Virus record (IMG/VR): IMGVR_UViG_3300023243_000351
Source of the DNA: a virus
Length of the DNA stretch: 64,000 bases
Strand: one strand, 5' to 3'
The translations under genes were made by a program, and so were the position numbers. Shown piece by piece: positions 1-8,794 of this stretch. Under the pieces are notes generated by a model. The model had not been told where the DNA came from and ran no database searches. It saw only the letters and a program-made list of their open reading frames with translations. Position 1 is the first letter of the stretch, and the number at the start of each line of letters is the position of its first letter.

Positions 1-854
1 TTAGTTGAGAACGAGTCTACCTCTTTAAGCAGTTTTGCATTCATTAAATCTAAAATATTACCCAACATATCAACATCAAGTAGGTTAAAGTCTAGTCTTG
101 TGAACACTAACTCGTCTTCATCTAATTCATTGTTGTCAAGAAGATTAACGTCAAGTTCATTAAAATCTAATATGGACTGTTCACGTTCAGCCTGAGTCTC
201 GTCCTCTTTTTCTTTTGGCTTTTGTACAATTAACAGGTTGTTAATTTGATTTACATCTAGGTCCAATAGGACAGGTGGTGTTGGTACATTTTCTCGTGTG
301 TTGACCATTGTTGCTTGATATGCCTGGTTAAGTATTACCTGCCCTATATCGCTTTCAACAGATATCTCTCCCACAGTGCCATCTGCGTTGGGCAACAGTA
401 TAACAAGACTCCTGCCTATTTCGTCTACGGTCATGCTGAATGCAGTACCACGCACACCAATACGTGCTGTTGGTGTTTGTATGTCTACGCTTTGTCTGTT
501 GTTTTTAGCAATCTTACCTGATGCATACTTAACTGTGCCCAAGCCCACTTTCATCTTGAGCTTACTTTTTGTAGGGTCAGCGGCATCATATATGAAATCA
601 TCAATGATTAATTTGCTGTGTTTTTCAATTTGTATTTTGGTATCATCATTGAAGCCAATACCAATAATACCGTCGGCGGTGCTTATTGTGTCCAGCATCT
701 CTACACCCAGATCTTTTTCTACTGTGATTTTGTCATTATCGCGTGTAAGTTGTGCAGGGCCGGTTTGTTTTTCAACTGTACCGATCCCTGCATAACACGT
801 ACTAATCTGAAACGTTAATAGTAACGCTAGAAGTTGAACCATTTGTGTTAACAT
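1..854 (-). CDS. FecR-domain periplasmic protein (3'-partial, runs off the window; not in the ORF track)
   Basis: Manual translation: signal peptide MVQLLALLLTFQISTCYA, then KLIIDDFIYD...GTVKYASGKI...TPTARIGVRGTAFSMTVDEIGRS (FecR motif). Start at ATG 854 or 842, overlapping the curlin-like gene. Confidence 0.8.
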   Translation of the reverse strand, partial: MLTQMVQLLALLLTFQISTCYAGIGTVEKQTGPAQLTRDNDKITVEKDLGVEMLDTISTADGIIGIGFNDDTKIQIEKHSKLIIDDFIYDAADPTKSKLKMKVGLGTVKYASGKIAKNNRQSVDIQTPTARIGVRGTAFSMTVDEIGRSLVILLPNADGTVGEISVESDIGQVILNQAYQATMVNTRENVPTPPVLLDLDVNQINNLLIVQKPKEKEDETQAEREQSILDFNELDVNLLDNNELDEDELVFTRLDFNLLDVDMLGNILDLMNAKLLKEVDSFST

Positions 855-1500
855 CTACTGTACTCGCCTCTGCACCTGATTGAGTAATACTTAGAGTTGA
901 ACTGCTGCCGGTATGATTAAGCAGAGTGTCGTGTTGTGAAGCACCACTGTGGGTAACTGTAACGGTGTTGGTACTGCCGTCAATGTCAATGTCTGTGGTT
1001 TTGTCTAGGATACTAGTTGCTGTGGAATCCTCAGTTACTGTTATAGTATTACTGCCACTGCCGCTGGTTAGGTCAATGTCTACGTTAACATCGTCAACAA
1101 GACTTTGTGTAGCGCCAACGTTTACACCAACAGTGTTTGTGTTGCCTGGATTGGTGATGCTGATTGTAACATCATCACTGCCACCGTTGGTGCCTCCTGT
1201 AGTACCTACCTGTATGTCAATGTCTGAACTATTGCCATTAGTGGTTGCTGTTACACTGGCGTTGTCGCCGTAAACATCGTAATCTAATGCATTGCTTGAT
1301 CCAACTTGGTCAATGTCTAATATGGTGCTGGCGCCATCGCTCTTGCTGTCGTCACCGCTTGCGCCAACGCTGTTTCCAGAACCGTCTTGATCTATAGTGA
1401 TTGTGGCTGATGATCCAACCTGATCAATATAGATCAAGTTGTCAGCCCATGCCGGACTGCTTATTAATAAAGACATGAATGCTAATGCTATCCTTGTCAT
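802..1500 (-). CDS. Secreted curlin-like repeat protein (CsgA/CsgB-like)
   Basis: Signal peptide ending AWA; repeats such as IYIDQVGSSATITIDQDGSGN, LDIDQVGSSN, LSITQSG (x-Q-x-G-x-x-N); G/S/T/N/D-rich; adjacent to csgG. Confidence 0.65.
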   Translation of the reverse strand: MTRIALAFMSLLISSPAWADNLIYIDQVGSSATITIDQDGSGNSVGASGDDSKSDGASTILDIDQVGSSNALDYDVYGDNASVTATTNGNSSDIDIQVGTTGGTNGGSDDVTISITNPGNTNTVGVNVGATQSLVDDVNVDIDLTSGSGSNTITVTEDSTATSILDKTTDIDIDGSTNTVTVTHSGASQHDTLLNHTGSSSTLSITQSGAEASTVDVNTNGSTSSVTINVSD

Positions 1501-1609
1501 GTGTGTCGCTCCTTTTGGGTGGTCCCCATTATACGTGCCAATATCTTAGTATTATCGCACGTTAGTATTTAAATAATAAGTTGCTATCATTAAATATGTA
1601 TGTTATACG

Positions 1610-2428
1610 CTAGTCTACGTAATTACTCCATCCTGTTGATTTATCATCTAGCATAGTGTAATCCCATAGTTTTTTACGTTTTCCTTCTTTGGTTAACTCA
1701 ATTACTGCTTGTTCAACTGCCTGTTTTACTGCATAATTAACTGGTTCATTGGTACTGGTACCTGACTCTACCTCTAGAACTTGTGTGCCTTGATCGTAGA
1801 ATTTAAACACGTTTATGCCAAGACTAGTGCTTAAAATCGTCTTTTCGGTGCTCACATTTAGCAATACTTCTCCCGACAGTACACTTACCGCTCTAAGCCC
1901 TATTGTGACTACATCTACACGCCATTCTTGTTGTGCACCAATGCCCATAACCCTGGCACCAATACCACCTGTAAATTTGTTTGTATCATAACCAATAATG
2001 CCGCCTTCGATTATAATACCAGCAAACTTCATTGCACCCAATTTCTGTTTCTCATCAAACTCACTTCGTGCATTACGTATAATCTGTCTTTCTTTGATTA
2101 GGTTGTCCAGGCCATTGCGCTCTACAACATCAAAAAACTCACCATCTGCTAGTGCCATTAGTGCATCTATTAAGTATACTTCTGCACCTTGTGTTACTGC
2201 TGTACTGATGTTGGCAATGTTATCTGCTGGTTTACGTTGTCCAGTCTTATCTTGGAAACTGTATATTGCAACTGTCACAGGCTGTCCGCCTTTAATTGCA
2301 GGGAAATTAATTAAATGTTTCTTGACTGGGGTTTCAGCAAGCTCAGCTGGTCTGCCAAGTTTTGGATTAGTCGAGGCGCAACCAACTAACAAAAAAACCA
2401 ATAACGCCACACATATTCTACCTAGCAT
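1610..2428 (-). CDS. csgG: Curli secretion lipoprotein CsgG
   Basis: Lipobox LVGC; motifs VAIYSFQDKTGQRKP, STAVTQGA, VVERNGLDNLIKERQIIR, IIEGGIIGYDTN, TNEPVNYAV. Confidence 0.92.
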   Translation of the reverse strand: MLGRICVALLVFLLVGCASTNPKLGRPAELAETPVKKHLINFPAIKGGQPVTVAIYSFQDKTGQRKPADNIANISTAVTQGAEVYLIDALMALADGEFFDVVERNGLDNLIKERQIIRNARSEFDEKQKLGAMKFAGIIIEGGIIGYDTNKFTGGIGARVMGIGAQQEWRVDVVTIGLRAVSVLSGEVLLNVSTEKTILSTSLGINVFKFYDQGTQVLEVESGTSTNEPVNYAVKQAVEQAVIELTKEGKRKKLWDYTMLDDKSTGWSNYVD

Positions 2429-2437
2429 GCATCTCCT

Positions 2438-2980
2438 TTAAAAGGCAAAACTGGCAACAGGAATTTCAACCTTCGTAACTGATCCATCTGTTTGCGTTAC
2501 GTTTAATGTTACTAGGTCGTCGGTCATTTCATAAGCCACTGTATTGCCTAGTAGATCAATAGTACCACTACTTTGTGGATTTTCCCCAAACAGTTTGTCT
2601 GAAATTTGCTTACTAAGTTCAGCATAGATTCTACTTTCTAAATTAGCCAAGAACTTATTAACATTAGAGTTTTCTTTTTCACGCTCAATTTCTCTTGCCG
2701 CGGACTCTAACTTAGATTTGATTTCTGCTCTTCTAGTGTGTGTTAGGTTTTCAATGGTCAACACATGACTACTGTAGCCTATACCGTTAAAACTAGGGTT
2801 ATTAAACTTATAAGTTAAGTCGCCTGCTGTTGCCGCACTGATAAAAAACATGCCCACAAGGAATCCCATAATAAAACTCCAAAAGCCAAAACTCAACACT
2901 GTTGATATAGTATAGGTTACTGGGTTGGACTTTTTAAACTTCTGCCAGGCTGCCTTTTCATAACTACTTTGATGATTCAT
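2438..2980 (-). CDS. csgF: Curli assembly protein CsgF
   Basis: Mature N-terminus GDLTYKFNNPSFNG resembles the CsgF FxNPxFxG motif; FLANLESRIYAELS; directly upstream of csgG. Confidence 0.85.
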   Translation of the reverse strand: MNHQSSYEKAAWQKFKKSNPVTYTISTVLSFGFWSFIMGFLVGMFFISAATAGDLTYKFNNPSFNGIGYSSHVLTIENLTHTRRAEIKSKLESAAREIEREKENSNVNKFLANLESRIYAELSKQISDKLFGENPQSSGTIDLLGNTVAYEMTDDLVTLNVTQTDGSVTKVEIPVASFAF

Positions 2981-3293
2981 TTTTTGTTTTAGCTCCTTGG
3001 TCCTTGACCTGTTTTAGTTTTAGTTCTAATTCTTGTGCTTTTTGTAAATTTGCTCTAGCTTTTGCATCTAGTTCAAGAATCATGTTTAACTTTTGGTTCA
3101 GTCTAATTAAATCGTTATCAAGCATACGAATTCTGTCAATCAACGCAATCAGCGTCATTTGTGCTTCGCTTAGTACAGGATCAATTTCTTTTGTTGCCCA
3201 GGTCCATATGTAATATACAAAGTACCCTAACCCACACGCGGCTATAATCGGAAAACCATATTGGTTTATTGCGCCGGCTACATCAATGTCCAT
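2964..3293 (-). CDS. Small single-pass membrane protein with coiled-coil tail (GFPI motif)
   Basis: INQYGFPIIAACGLGYFVYYIW TM segment; paralog of 3310-3591; coupled to csgF. Confidence 0.7.
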   Translation of the reverse strand: MDIDVAGAINQYGFPIIAACGLGYFVYYIWTWATKEIDPVLSEAQMTLIALIDRIRMLDNDLIRLNQKLNMILELDAKARANLQKAQELELKLKQVKDQGAKTKNESSK

Positions 3294-3309
3294 TTAGTAG
3301 CCTCTCATT

Positions 3310-3591
3310 CTAGTCGCGACGAGCATCGTTCTTGCCGTCTGCTCTAGCAATACGGTTCAAGTCTGGTGTTACCCCAAATGCATTGCTCATGAGTGTGTCA
3401 ATACGAATCACGTCATGGTTCATGGTCTTAACACGATTGTCCAATGCGTTAATTATTCCTGTAAGTCCTTTTACACTGCCCATTACACCGTCAAGGATAA
3501 AGCGCATAGTAAGGAATACAAAGTACCCGCCGGCCAGTGCCGCGGCGATAGGAAAACCAACTTCGGCAATCAATTGAAGTATTTCTGTCAT
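3310..3591 (-). CDS. Small single-pass membrane protein (GFPI motif), paralog of 2964-3293
   Basis: IAEVGFPIAAALAGGYFVFL; DNRVKTMNHDVIRID aligns with DRIRMLDNDLIRLN; RBS AAGGAG and TAAATA upstream. Confidence 0.7.
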   Translation of the reverse strand: MTEILQLIAEVGFPIAAALAGGYFVFLTMRFILDGVMGSVKGLTGIINALDNRVKTMNHDVIRIDTLMSNAFGVTPDLNRIARADGKNDARRD

Positions 3592-3661
3592 TTTGAATAG
3601 CTCCTTCTTTAGTGTATTTACCCAAATTTTTACAGTTTACTCATGGGCTATAAATAATTAC

Positions 3662-4027
3662 ATGAGAAAACTACTACTATTACTGCTGTTAGTGCCATTT
3701 ATAGCACAAGCAGAATACGCAGACTGGGACAAATACGATAAAGAATTATTCTGGATGTCAACCACAGCTATTGCAGTTGACCACTTGACCACAAGAGATA
3801 TGGCTAGTAGATATGATGAAGGATATCGGGAACGCAATCCAGTGCTGGGAGAGCACCCAGACAAGGATACAGTGGATTTGTTTTTTCTAGTAAACTATGT
3901 TACACACTACTACCTGACAGATTATTTTCAAGGGGAACACAGACCTGTGTACTTGATGACTAGGCTAGTAGTTAATGGAGCGGCTTCTATTAATAACGTT
4001 AAGATTGGTCTTGGAGTACGATTTTAG
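3662..4027 (+). CDS. Secreted/outer-membrane hypothetical protein
   Basis: Likely start is ATG 3662, 5 nt after TATAAATA; signal peptide MRKLLLLLLLVPFIAQA; ends IGLGVRF. Confidence 0.6.
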   Translation: MRKLLLLLLLVPFIAQAEYADWDKYDKELFWMSTTAIAVDHLTTRDMASRYDEGYRERNPVLGEHPDKDTVDLFFLVNYVTHYYLTDYFQGEHRPVYLMTRLVVNGAASINNVKIGLGVRF

Positions 4028-4331
4028 TGGACTGATTGTAACGTTTACAAATTTCTTCATAGAACGTATCCAACTCTCCACCAAACTTACCAGTCAAGTG
4101 TTCTGCTAGGTCATTACATAGTTTAGCATCACCGTCTTTGTTTGCTTGCACGAAATCGCCATGTAATTTCTTCCAATGATCCAACATTACAACTTCTGCT
4201 AGTGGTACCTTGGTTGCTTCTACTACACACCATGTGTCTAATAGATTACCATCAATCACATTTGGCTCTAATTCTAAGATGAGATACTTTTCAAACATCT
4301 CGTCTGTGGGTTGTTCCCATACAATATTCAT
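3999..4331 (-). CDS. Hypothetical phage protein
   Basis: 110-aa ORF overlapping the stop of the upstream exonuclease gene. Confidence 0.6.
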   Translation of the reverse strand: MNIVWEQPTDEMFEKYLILELEPNVIDGNLLDTWCVVEATKVPLAEVVMLDHWKKLHGDFVQANKDGDAKLCNDLAEHLTGKFGGELDTFYEEICKRYNQSTKIVLQDQS

Positions 4332-4861
4332 CGTTTCTTCAATCCTTGTTGTTTATAAATTTGTTGAACTGCTGTTGCTTGATAATAACAATCTATTAAA
4401 GCATTGTGTGCACCTTTAGCGTCCTTATCTCTAGGATCTCCAAAAGTTTTAAACAATGTACGACTATCTCTTATCTGCCAAAAGTTCCACGGCATGGGCG
4501 TATCCATGTCACGATACAAATCTTCAAGAATAACTGCATCAAATGCAGGCCCTTGGCACCATATGTTATCAGTCCCTACTAGGAACTTATTAAGTTTTCC
4601 TAAAAAAGATGATACACTGTCACGTTCGTGATCACCGAGGGCTTCTTCTCGAACATCTTCTGCTTGCTTGCCCCACCAATCAATTACATCCTGGTGTACA
4701 TGTCTGCCTAGTGCTATTTGTTCGTCTACATCTATCCTAACATACAATCCGTCGTCTGTATTCACATCCGATGCGTATGGGTCAAACTTAACAGCACCCA
4801 CAGTCAACACGACACTCTGCGGACGAGTACCTAACGTCTCAATATCTAACATTATATCCAT
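4328..4861 (-). CDS. DEDDh 3'-5' exonuclease (exonuclease VIII / DUF5051-like)
   Basis: MLDIETLG (ExoI), WCQGPAFD (ExoII), RDSRT, HNALID (ExoIII). Confidence 0.85.
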   Translation of the reverse strand: MDIMLDIETLGTRPQSVVLTVGAVKFDPYASDVNTDDGLYVRIDVDEQIALGRHVHQDVIDWWGKQAEDVREEALGDHERDSVSSFLGKLNKFLVGTDNIWCQGPAFDAVILEDLYRDMDTPMPWNFWQIRDSRTLFKTFGDPRDKDAKGAHNALIDCYYQATAVQQIYKQQGLKKR

Positions 4862-4869
4862 AATATTTT

Positions 4870-5175
4870 TTATGCTGGCTGTAGTTTAACTTCGAGGGGG
4901 AATCCGTTGTTACGAGCAAGCATTGTTACTTCTACACCTTTTTGCTCAGCAACTTCATATGTAAGTGTTTTTACTACGCTACTACCGTCGTTATGAATCT
5001 TAACAGTTAATTCTTTTGCTATTTCTTCACTATGATGGAAAATTACTTTCAGACTCTCTACAACAAACTCTACTGTGGTCTTATTGTCATTGAGGTAGAT
5101 TACATTGTAAAGATTAGGTGGTTTGATACTTGTTTTAGATTTTGTAGATTGTTTTACTTCAGTTTTTTCACTCAT
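4870..5175 (-). CDS. clpS: ATP-dependent Clp protease adaptor ClpS
   Basis: PPNLYNVIYLNDNKTTVEFVVESL...VKIHNDGSSVV...YEVAEQK...ARNNGFPL. Confidence 0.92.
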   Translation of the reverse strand: MSEKTEVKQSTKSKTSIKPPNLYNVIYLNDNKTTVEFVVESLKVIFHHSEEIAKELTVKIHNDGSSVVKTLTYEVAEQKGVEVTMLARNNGFPLEVKLQPA

Positions 5176-5205
5176 AGCTTACACTCTCGGTCATCTAGTT
5201 AGTAA

Positions 5206-5232
5206 GTGGGGGGAGTTGCCTCCCCCCGGCGT
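5206..5232 (-). terminator. GC-rich hairpin between hsp20 and clpS
   Basis: GGGGGGAG-ttgc-CTCCCCCC inverted repeat just downstream of the hsp20 stop; no clear U-tract. Confidence 0.4.
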
Positions 5233-5248
5233 TTATAACTATATTATA

Positions 5249-5707
5249 TTACTTAGTAAAGGTAATTGCAATCTTTTTAGGCTTTTGTTCGTCCGGAACA
5301 ACATGCTCTAAGCTGACTGCCAGGATGCCATTTACTACTGTTGCACCTTTGATCTCAACATTCTCGTTGAGAGTAAATGTGCGAGTGAATGTGCGAGCAC
5401 TAATACCTTTGTGCAGGTATTCGTGTTCTTCTGCTTCTGCTTCCTGCTTCTCCCCGGTGATAGTCAACACATTGCTTTTGAATTCAATGTTCAACTCATC
5501 TTCACCAAACCCTGCAACTGCAACCTGGATCGCCCAGTTGTGTTCGTCAATTTTGATGATGTTGTATGGAGGATAATTATCTGCTTTTGAATTGCCCAAG
5601 TGTGTTCGGGTCAGTTCATTAAACAAGTTGTCAAAGCCGATGGCATGACGATTAAGTGAAGCAGTAAATCCGGGAAGGTTGGTCGTACTAAGTTTGTATG
5701 ATGTCAT
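5249..5707 (-). CDS. Small heat-shock protein (Hsp20, IbpA-like)
   Basis: IGFDNLF, NYPPYNI, VAVAGF, YLHKGISARTFTRTFTL, NGIL, PKKIAI; start reassigned to ATG 5707 behind AGGAG. Confidence 0.95.
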   Translation of the reverse strand: MTSYKLSTTNLPGFTASLNRHAIGFDNLFNELTRTHLGNSKADNYPPYNIIKIDEHNWAIQVAVAGFGEDELNIEFKSNVLTITGEKQEAEAEEHEYLHKGISARTFTRTFTLNENVEIKGATVVNGILAVSLEHVVPDEQKPKKIAITFTK

Positions 5708-5784
5708 AGTTTTCTCCTTTATGTTAAGCAAGTTATGACTTGTGATGTTGTAGCCCGATAATCGGCACTACAAGTATATTTATA
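5708..5784 (-). promoter_or_regulatory. TATAAATA promoter plus ROSE-like RNA thermometer leader of hsp20
   Basis: TATAAATA at 5784-5777; 5' hairpin UUGUAG..CCGAU/AUCGG..CUACAA; CUUGCU (5732-5727) placed to pair with SD AGGAG (5718-5714). Confidence 0.6.
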
Positions 5785-5803
5785 CAGGATACAAGACTAG
5801 ATG

Positions 5804-6046
5804 TCAATCTCTTATTAGTTCATACGATTCACTTCGGGAGTGTTCTGGATTAAATGATACTAAAAAATCCACATAGTCTTGTTCTGTAGACAAACACAAT
5901 TGAACACACCAGTTCTTAATACCAATGTGTTTGATATCTATATCGTGTTTTTCAGCCCAAGTCCTAACATCGTATTCTATTTCAGTGCGAGCCCATCCCA
6001 CTGCATGTATTCCATTTGCACGTGGAAGGACCCACTGGATATGCAT
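5804..6046 (-). CDS. Hypothetical protein
   Basis: 80-aa ORF abutting the bS21 stop codon. Confidence 0.55.
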   Translation of the reverse strand: MHIQWVLPRANGIHAVGWARTEIEYDVRTWAEKHDIDIKHIGIKNWCVQLCLSTEQDYVDFLVSFNPEHSRSESYELIRD

Positions 6047-6295
6047 TTAGTACATCTTTTTAGGCAACTGCTCTTCTAGTAGTTGCTTTTTCCATCTGCG
6101 AACTGCGGCGGCATGTTTCCGCTTGCGTCTTGTAGTGGGTTTTTCAAAAGATTCTTTTGAGCGTAAAGTTTGTAGTACTCCGCTTTCGCTAACTTTTTTC
6201 TTTAGTTTACGCATAGCTTTTTCTACATTGTCGTACTGGACTATTACCTTATTGCCAAAAGGTCTGCCTGGTTTTTTTTCAAAGTTGGTTGCCAT
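6047..6295 (-). CDS. rpsU: Phage-encoded 30S ribosomal protein bS21
   Basis: VIVQYDNVEKAMRKLKKKVSESGVLQTLRSKESFEKPTTRRKRKHAAAVRRW matches the bS21 pattern (EKP...RKRK..AA.RR). Confidence 0.92.
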   Translation of the reverse strand: MATNFEKKPGRPFGNKVIVQYDNVEKAMRKLKKKVSESGVLQTLRSKESFEKPTTRRKRKHAAAVRRWKKQLLEEQLPKKMY

Positions 6296-6301
6296 AGTTT
6301 T

Positions 6302-6661
6302 TTATTTAGTTTGTTGTTTTTCGAGCTGTGCAAAATAGTCAAATGGTGTGTCGACTTTAGTTGCATCAGTAATGTAAGTCTTTGGTCCGTAGTAATAAAC
6401 GTTGCTGTTTTTGCAAAGATCCTCGTTGTCGTAAGGTTCCGCGGTATTAACAATCACGGCGTCACTTTTTTCAATTGCTTTAGCCAACCAATCAGTATCA
6501 TCCATGCCCTGATGGTACAAATATACATTGTATGCATTGTTTGTACCTTTGGCTATTTGGCCTAATAGTTCAACATCCTTAGGAGACGCATCAACTACTG
6601 TTACTGTGTGAAAATCGTCTTCTACAAAATCTGGTGGTGTTATAAAATTACTGTAATCCAT
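6302..6661 (-). CDS. Hypothetical phage protein
   Basis: 119-aa ORF in the operon (ITPPD near the N-terminus). Confidence 0.6.
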   Translation of the reverse strand: MDYSNFITPPDFVEDDFHTVTVVDASPKDVELLGQIAKGTNNAYNVYLYHQGMDDTDWLAKAIEKSDAVIVNTAEPYDNEDLCKNSNVYYYGPKTYITDATKVDTPFDYFAQLEKQQTK

Positions 6662-7256
6662 CTTTCCCCACTATCTGTTGTATTTGTTCTAGTTCGGCGT
6701 CACTTAAATCATCTGCGGTATATTCTCCCGACTGCAATTTATCAATCAAATGCTGTATGTACGCCTCATTGTAAGTATAACTGTCTGTCGTTGATTTGTC
6801 AAGCTCTATCCACTTCTTATTGTTCCATTTATACAATTTATTTGGTAAGAAATCTGTCCTAATATACATATCACCTTTGTTTGGCCTAATCGGAAACTGG
6901 TTTCCAAATCCACACTCGGCTGTGTTCACCACAGTATCGTTATCAGCTCTTACCTTAACACTGTAAATAGGAAGTAATGGATGCAATGCTTTGAATGCTT
7001 CTATGTTGTAGTTCTTTTTTTGATACTTGACTACATCATCCAAGCCACGCTTTATAGCGATATTAGGATCTGTTGCTTCTTCTTCACCTATAACAAAATC
7101 GTCTATTGACACTTCTGCTGGACTGGGCTTTGGCTCCGCAACGATTTGATTGGGCTTTTGCTTGTCTAATTGATCAAGTGCCCAATCAAGTCTTTGTAGT
7201 GCTAATCTATATTTGTCCCAGAGTTGGTTTACTGACTCCTGGTAGTCGTTAGGCAT
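6648..7256 (-). CDS. Hypothetical phage protein
   Basis: C-terminal GFGNQFPIRPNKGDMYIRTDFLPNKLYKWNNKKWIE; N-terminal helix resembles that of 7249-7434. Confidence 0.65.
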   Translation of the reverse strand: MPNDYQESVNQLWDKYRLALQRLDWALDQLDKQKPNQIVAEPKPSPAEVSIDDFVIGEEEATDPNIAIKRGLDDVVKYQKKNYNIEAFKALHPLLPIYSVKVRADNDTVVNTAECGFGNQFPIRPNKGDMYIRTDFLPNKLYKWNNKKWIELDKSTTDSYTYNEAYIQHLIDKLQSGEYTADDLSDAELEQIQQIVGKDGLQ

Positions 7257-7434
7257 TAGTTCCTAGTCGTGCTTCAACTTTTGCCTCAAGCTCAGCAATA
7301 TCTGCTGGCATTGTAAAGTCAAGATCAAGTTCACTTTGCAGTGCTTCATTCTCGTCCAAAGCCTCGTTGAGTTGTGATAGGGCATTCTTGTACTTTGCCC
7401 AAATTTCATCAATTTCCTGTTGTGGTTTAGCCAT
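7249..7434 (-). CDS. Small coiled-coil hypothetical protein
   Basis: Overlaps both neighbours; helix similar to the N-terminus of the next gene. Confidence 0.55.
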   Translation of the reverse strand: MAKPQQEIDEIWAKYKNALSQLNEALDENEALQSELDLDFTMPADIAELEAKVEARLGTNA

Positions 7435-8788
7435 TCTTTTTCCTTAGTTTGTCGTCTACGTTACGCTCTAGTTCTGCTATATCGTCAGGTGCGCCTGTTT
7501 TTAGATTCTGTTCTACATATACTTCTTTAACTATTACAGTGTCAGCACCGTGTGTTTTTTTATTGCGAGCCCATTCAAACTGTTTGGTACTAGCAAGTAT
7601 AAGTGTAAGTGCTAGTGGATCAAACACAACAACCAACAACACTATGACCCAGCGTACTGCTTTTTCCAGTAGGTTTTGATCTGGACTTTGGTCGTATATA
7701 AATGCGGCAATGTATTTTATTGGTCCTACTTCTGCTTCTAGTTTCCTGTATTCTTTTTCGAACACAAAAACTTCTTCACGTATTTGATCAATCTCCGTTT
7801 GTTCTTTGTCAACAAAATTCTCAAGTTCTTCTACCCTACCGTCAATATCTACAGTTTTAGTGTTTGACTGGTCACGTAGTTTTTGTATTCTATTATTAAC
7901 TGATTGTAATTCTGATCCGTACTTGGCATCAATACTGCTAAGTGTTTCTGTTAACTTGGCGTTGATACTTTTGATCTCACGCTGTGCCGCACTGGCAACT
8001 GAAAGCTCATTTGCTTTGGCCTGCTGTGTTGCTTCTAACTCAATCTTCTTGGCTTGCTCTGTTGCTTCTAACTCAATCTTCTTGGCATTGGCTACTGCTT
8101 CATCTAGGCCTTTTTTACTAAAGGAGTTTTCATATCGAGCCTGGGCGGCGCCAATGTCTGCTGTCTTACGGGCTTGTGCTGTGGCGATGTTTGCTGTCTT
8201 ACGTTCTTGTGCGGCGGCTATGTCTGCTGACTTGCGCTCTGCGGCTTGTACTAATCTATCATTCTGTAACTGTATTTGCTTTTCTGCATCAGCACGAGCA
8301 TTGGTTTTTTCTTTGTTAACTTGCACACGGATTTCTTTTAGTGCATCGTTGTCACGATCAACTAGGTTGTCCACACGTACATCTTCACCTTTAGATAACC
8401 GGGTAAGCTCGTCGGTCCAACGAACTATCTTGGCTTCCGAACGAGTCATTTTACTCTCAAGCGATTTGATCTGTGCTACCTGTTCTTCACTTAGTGAAGT
8501 CTGTTCAATGTGTGCTTTACTCAGGAAGCCAAAAATACCCATTGAGGTGATAAACATCAACACAGTAATTGCCGGGATCAAGTACCATTTAAACAGTCTT
8601 GGTGCACGATGCCAATTTTGGTGTAACCAAACTGTAGCAACAATCTTACCAGTTTCTAGTGCGCCACCCATGATAATCACAGGCATGACTGCGGCACTGA
8701 ACACTGCAATCAAGCCAGCAATACTGTACCAAGCCGCAATGAACGAAATGGATATTGCTGTAACGAATGTAAGTATGGCTAATAGCAT
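7427..8788 (-). CDS. Membrane-anchored long coiled-coil protein
   Basis: Three N-terminal TM segments, long coiled coil with 11-aa repeats, AEVGPIKYIA, C-terminal TM (VVFDPLAL). Confidence 0.8.
   Translation of the reverse strand: MLLAILTFVTAISISFIAAWYSIAGLIAVFSAAVMPVIIMGGALETGKIVATVWLHQNWHRAPRLFKWYLIPAITVLMFITSMGIFGFLSKAHIEQTSLSEEQVAQIKSLESKMTRSEAKIVRWTDELTRLSKGEDVRVDNLVDRDNDALKEIRVQVNKEKTNARADAEKQIQLQNDRLVQAAERKSADIAAAQERKTANIATAQARKTADIGAAQARYENSFSKKGLDEAVANAKKIELEATEQAKKIELEATQQAKANELSVASAAQREIKSINAKLTETLSSIDAKYGSELQSVNNRIQKLRDQSNTKTVDIDGRVEELENFVDKEQTEIDQIREEVFVFEKEYRKLEAEVGPIKYIAAFIYDQSPDQNLLEKAVRWVIVLLVVVFDPLALTLILASTKQFEWARNKKTHGADTVIVKEVYVEQNLKTGAPDDIAELERNVDDKLRKKNG
8027..8245 (-). 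repeat. 33-bp (11-codon) tandem repeats within the coiled-coil gene
   Basis: AKKIELEATEQ/AKKIELEATQQ (near-identical 33-bp units) and RKSADIAAAQE/RKTANIATAQA/RKTADIGAAQA. Confidence 0.8.
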
Positions 8789-8794
8789 AGTGTA

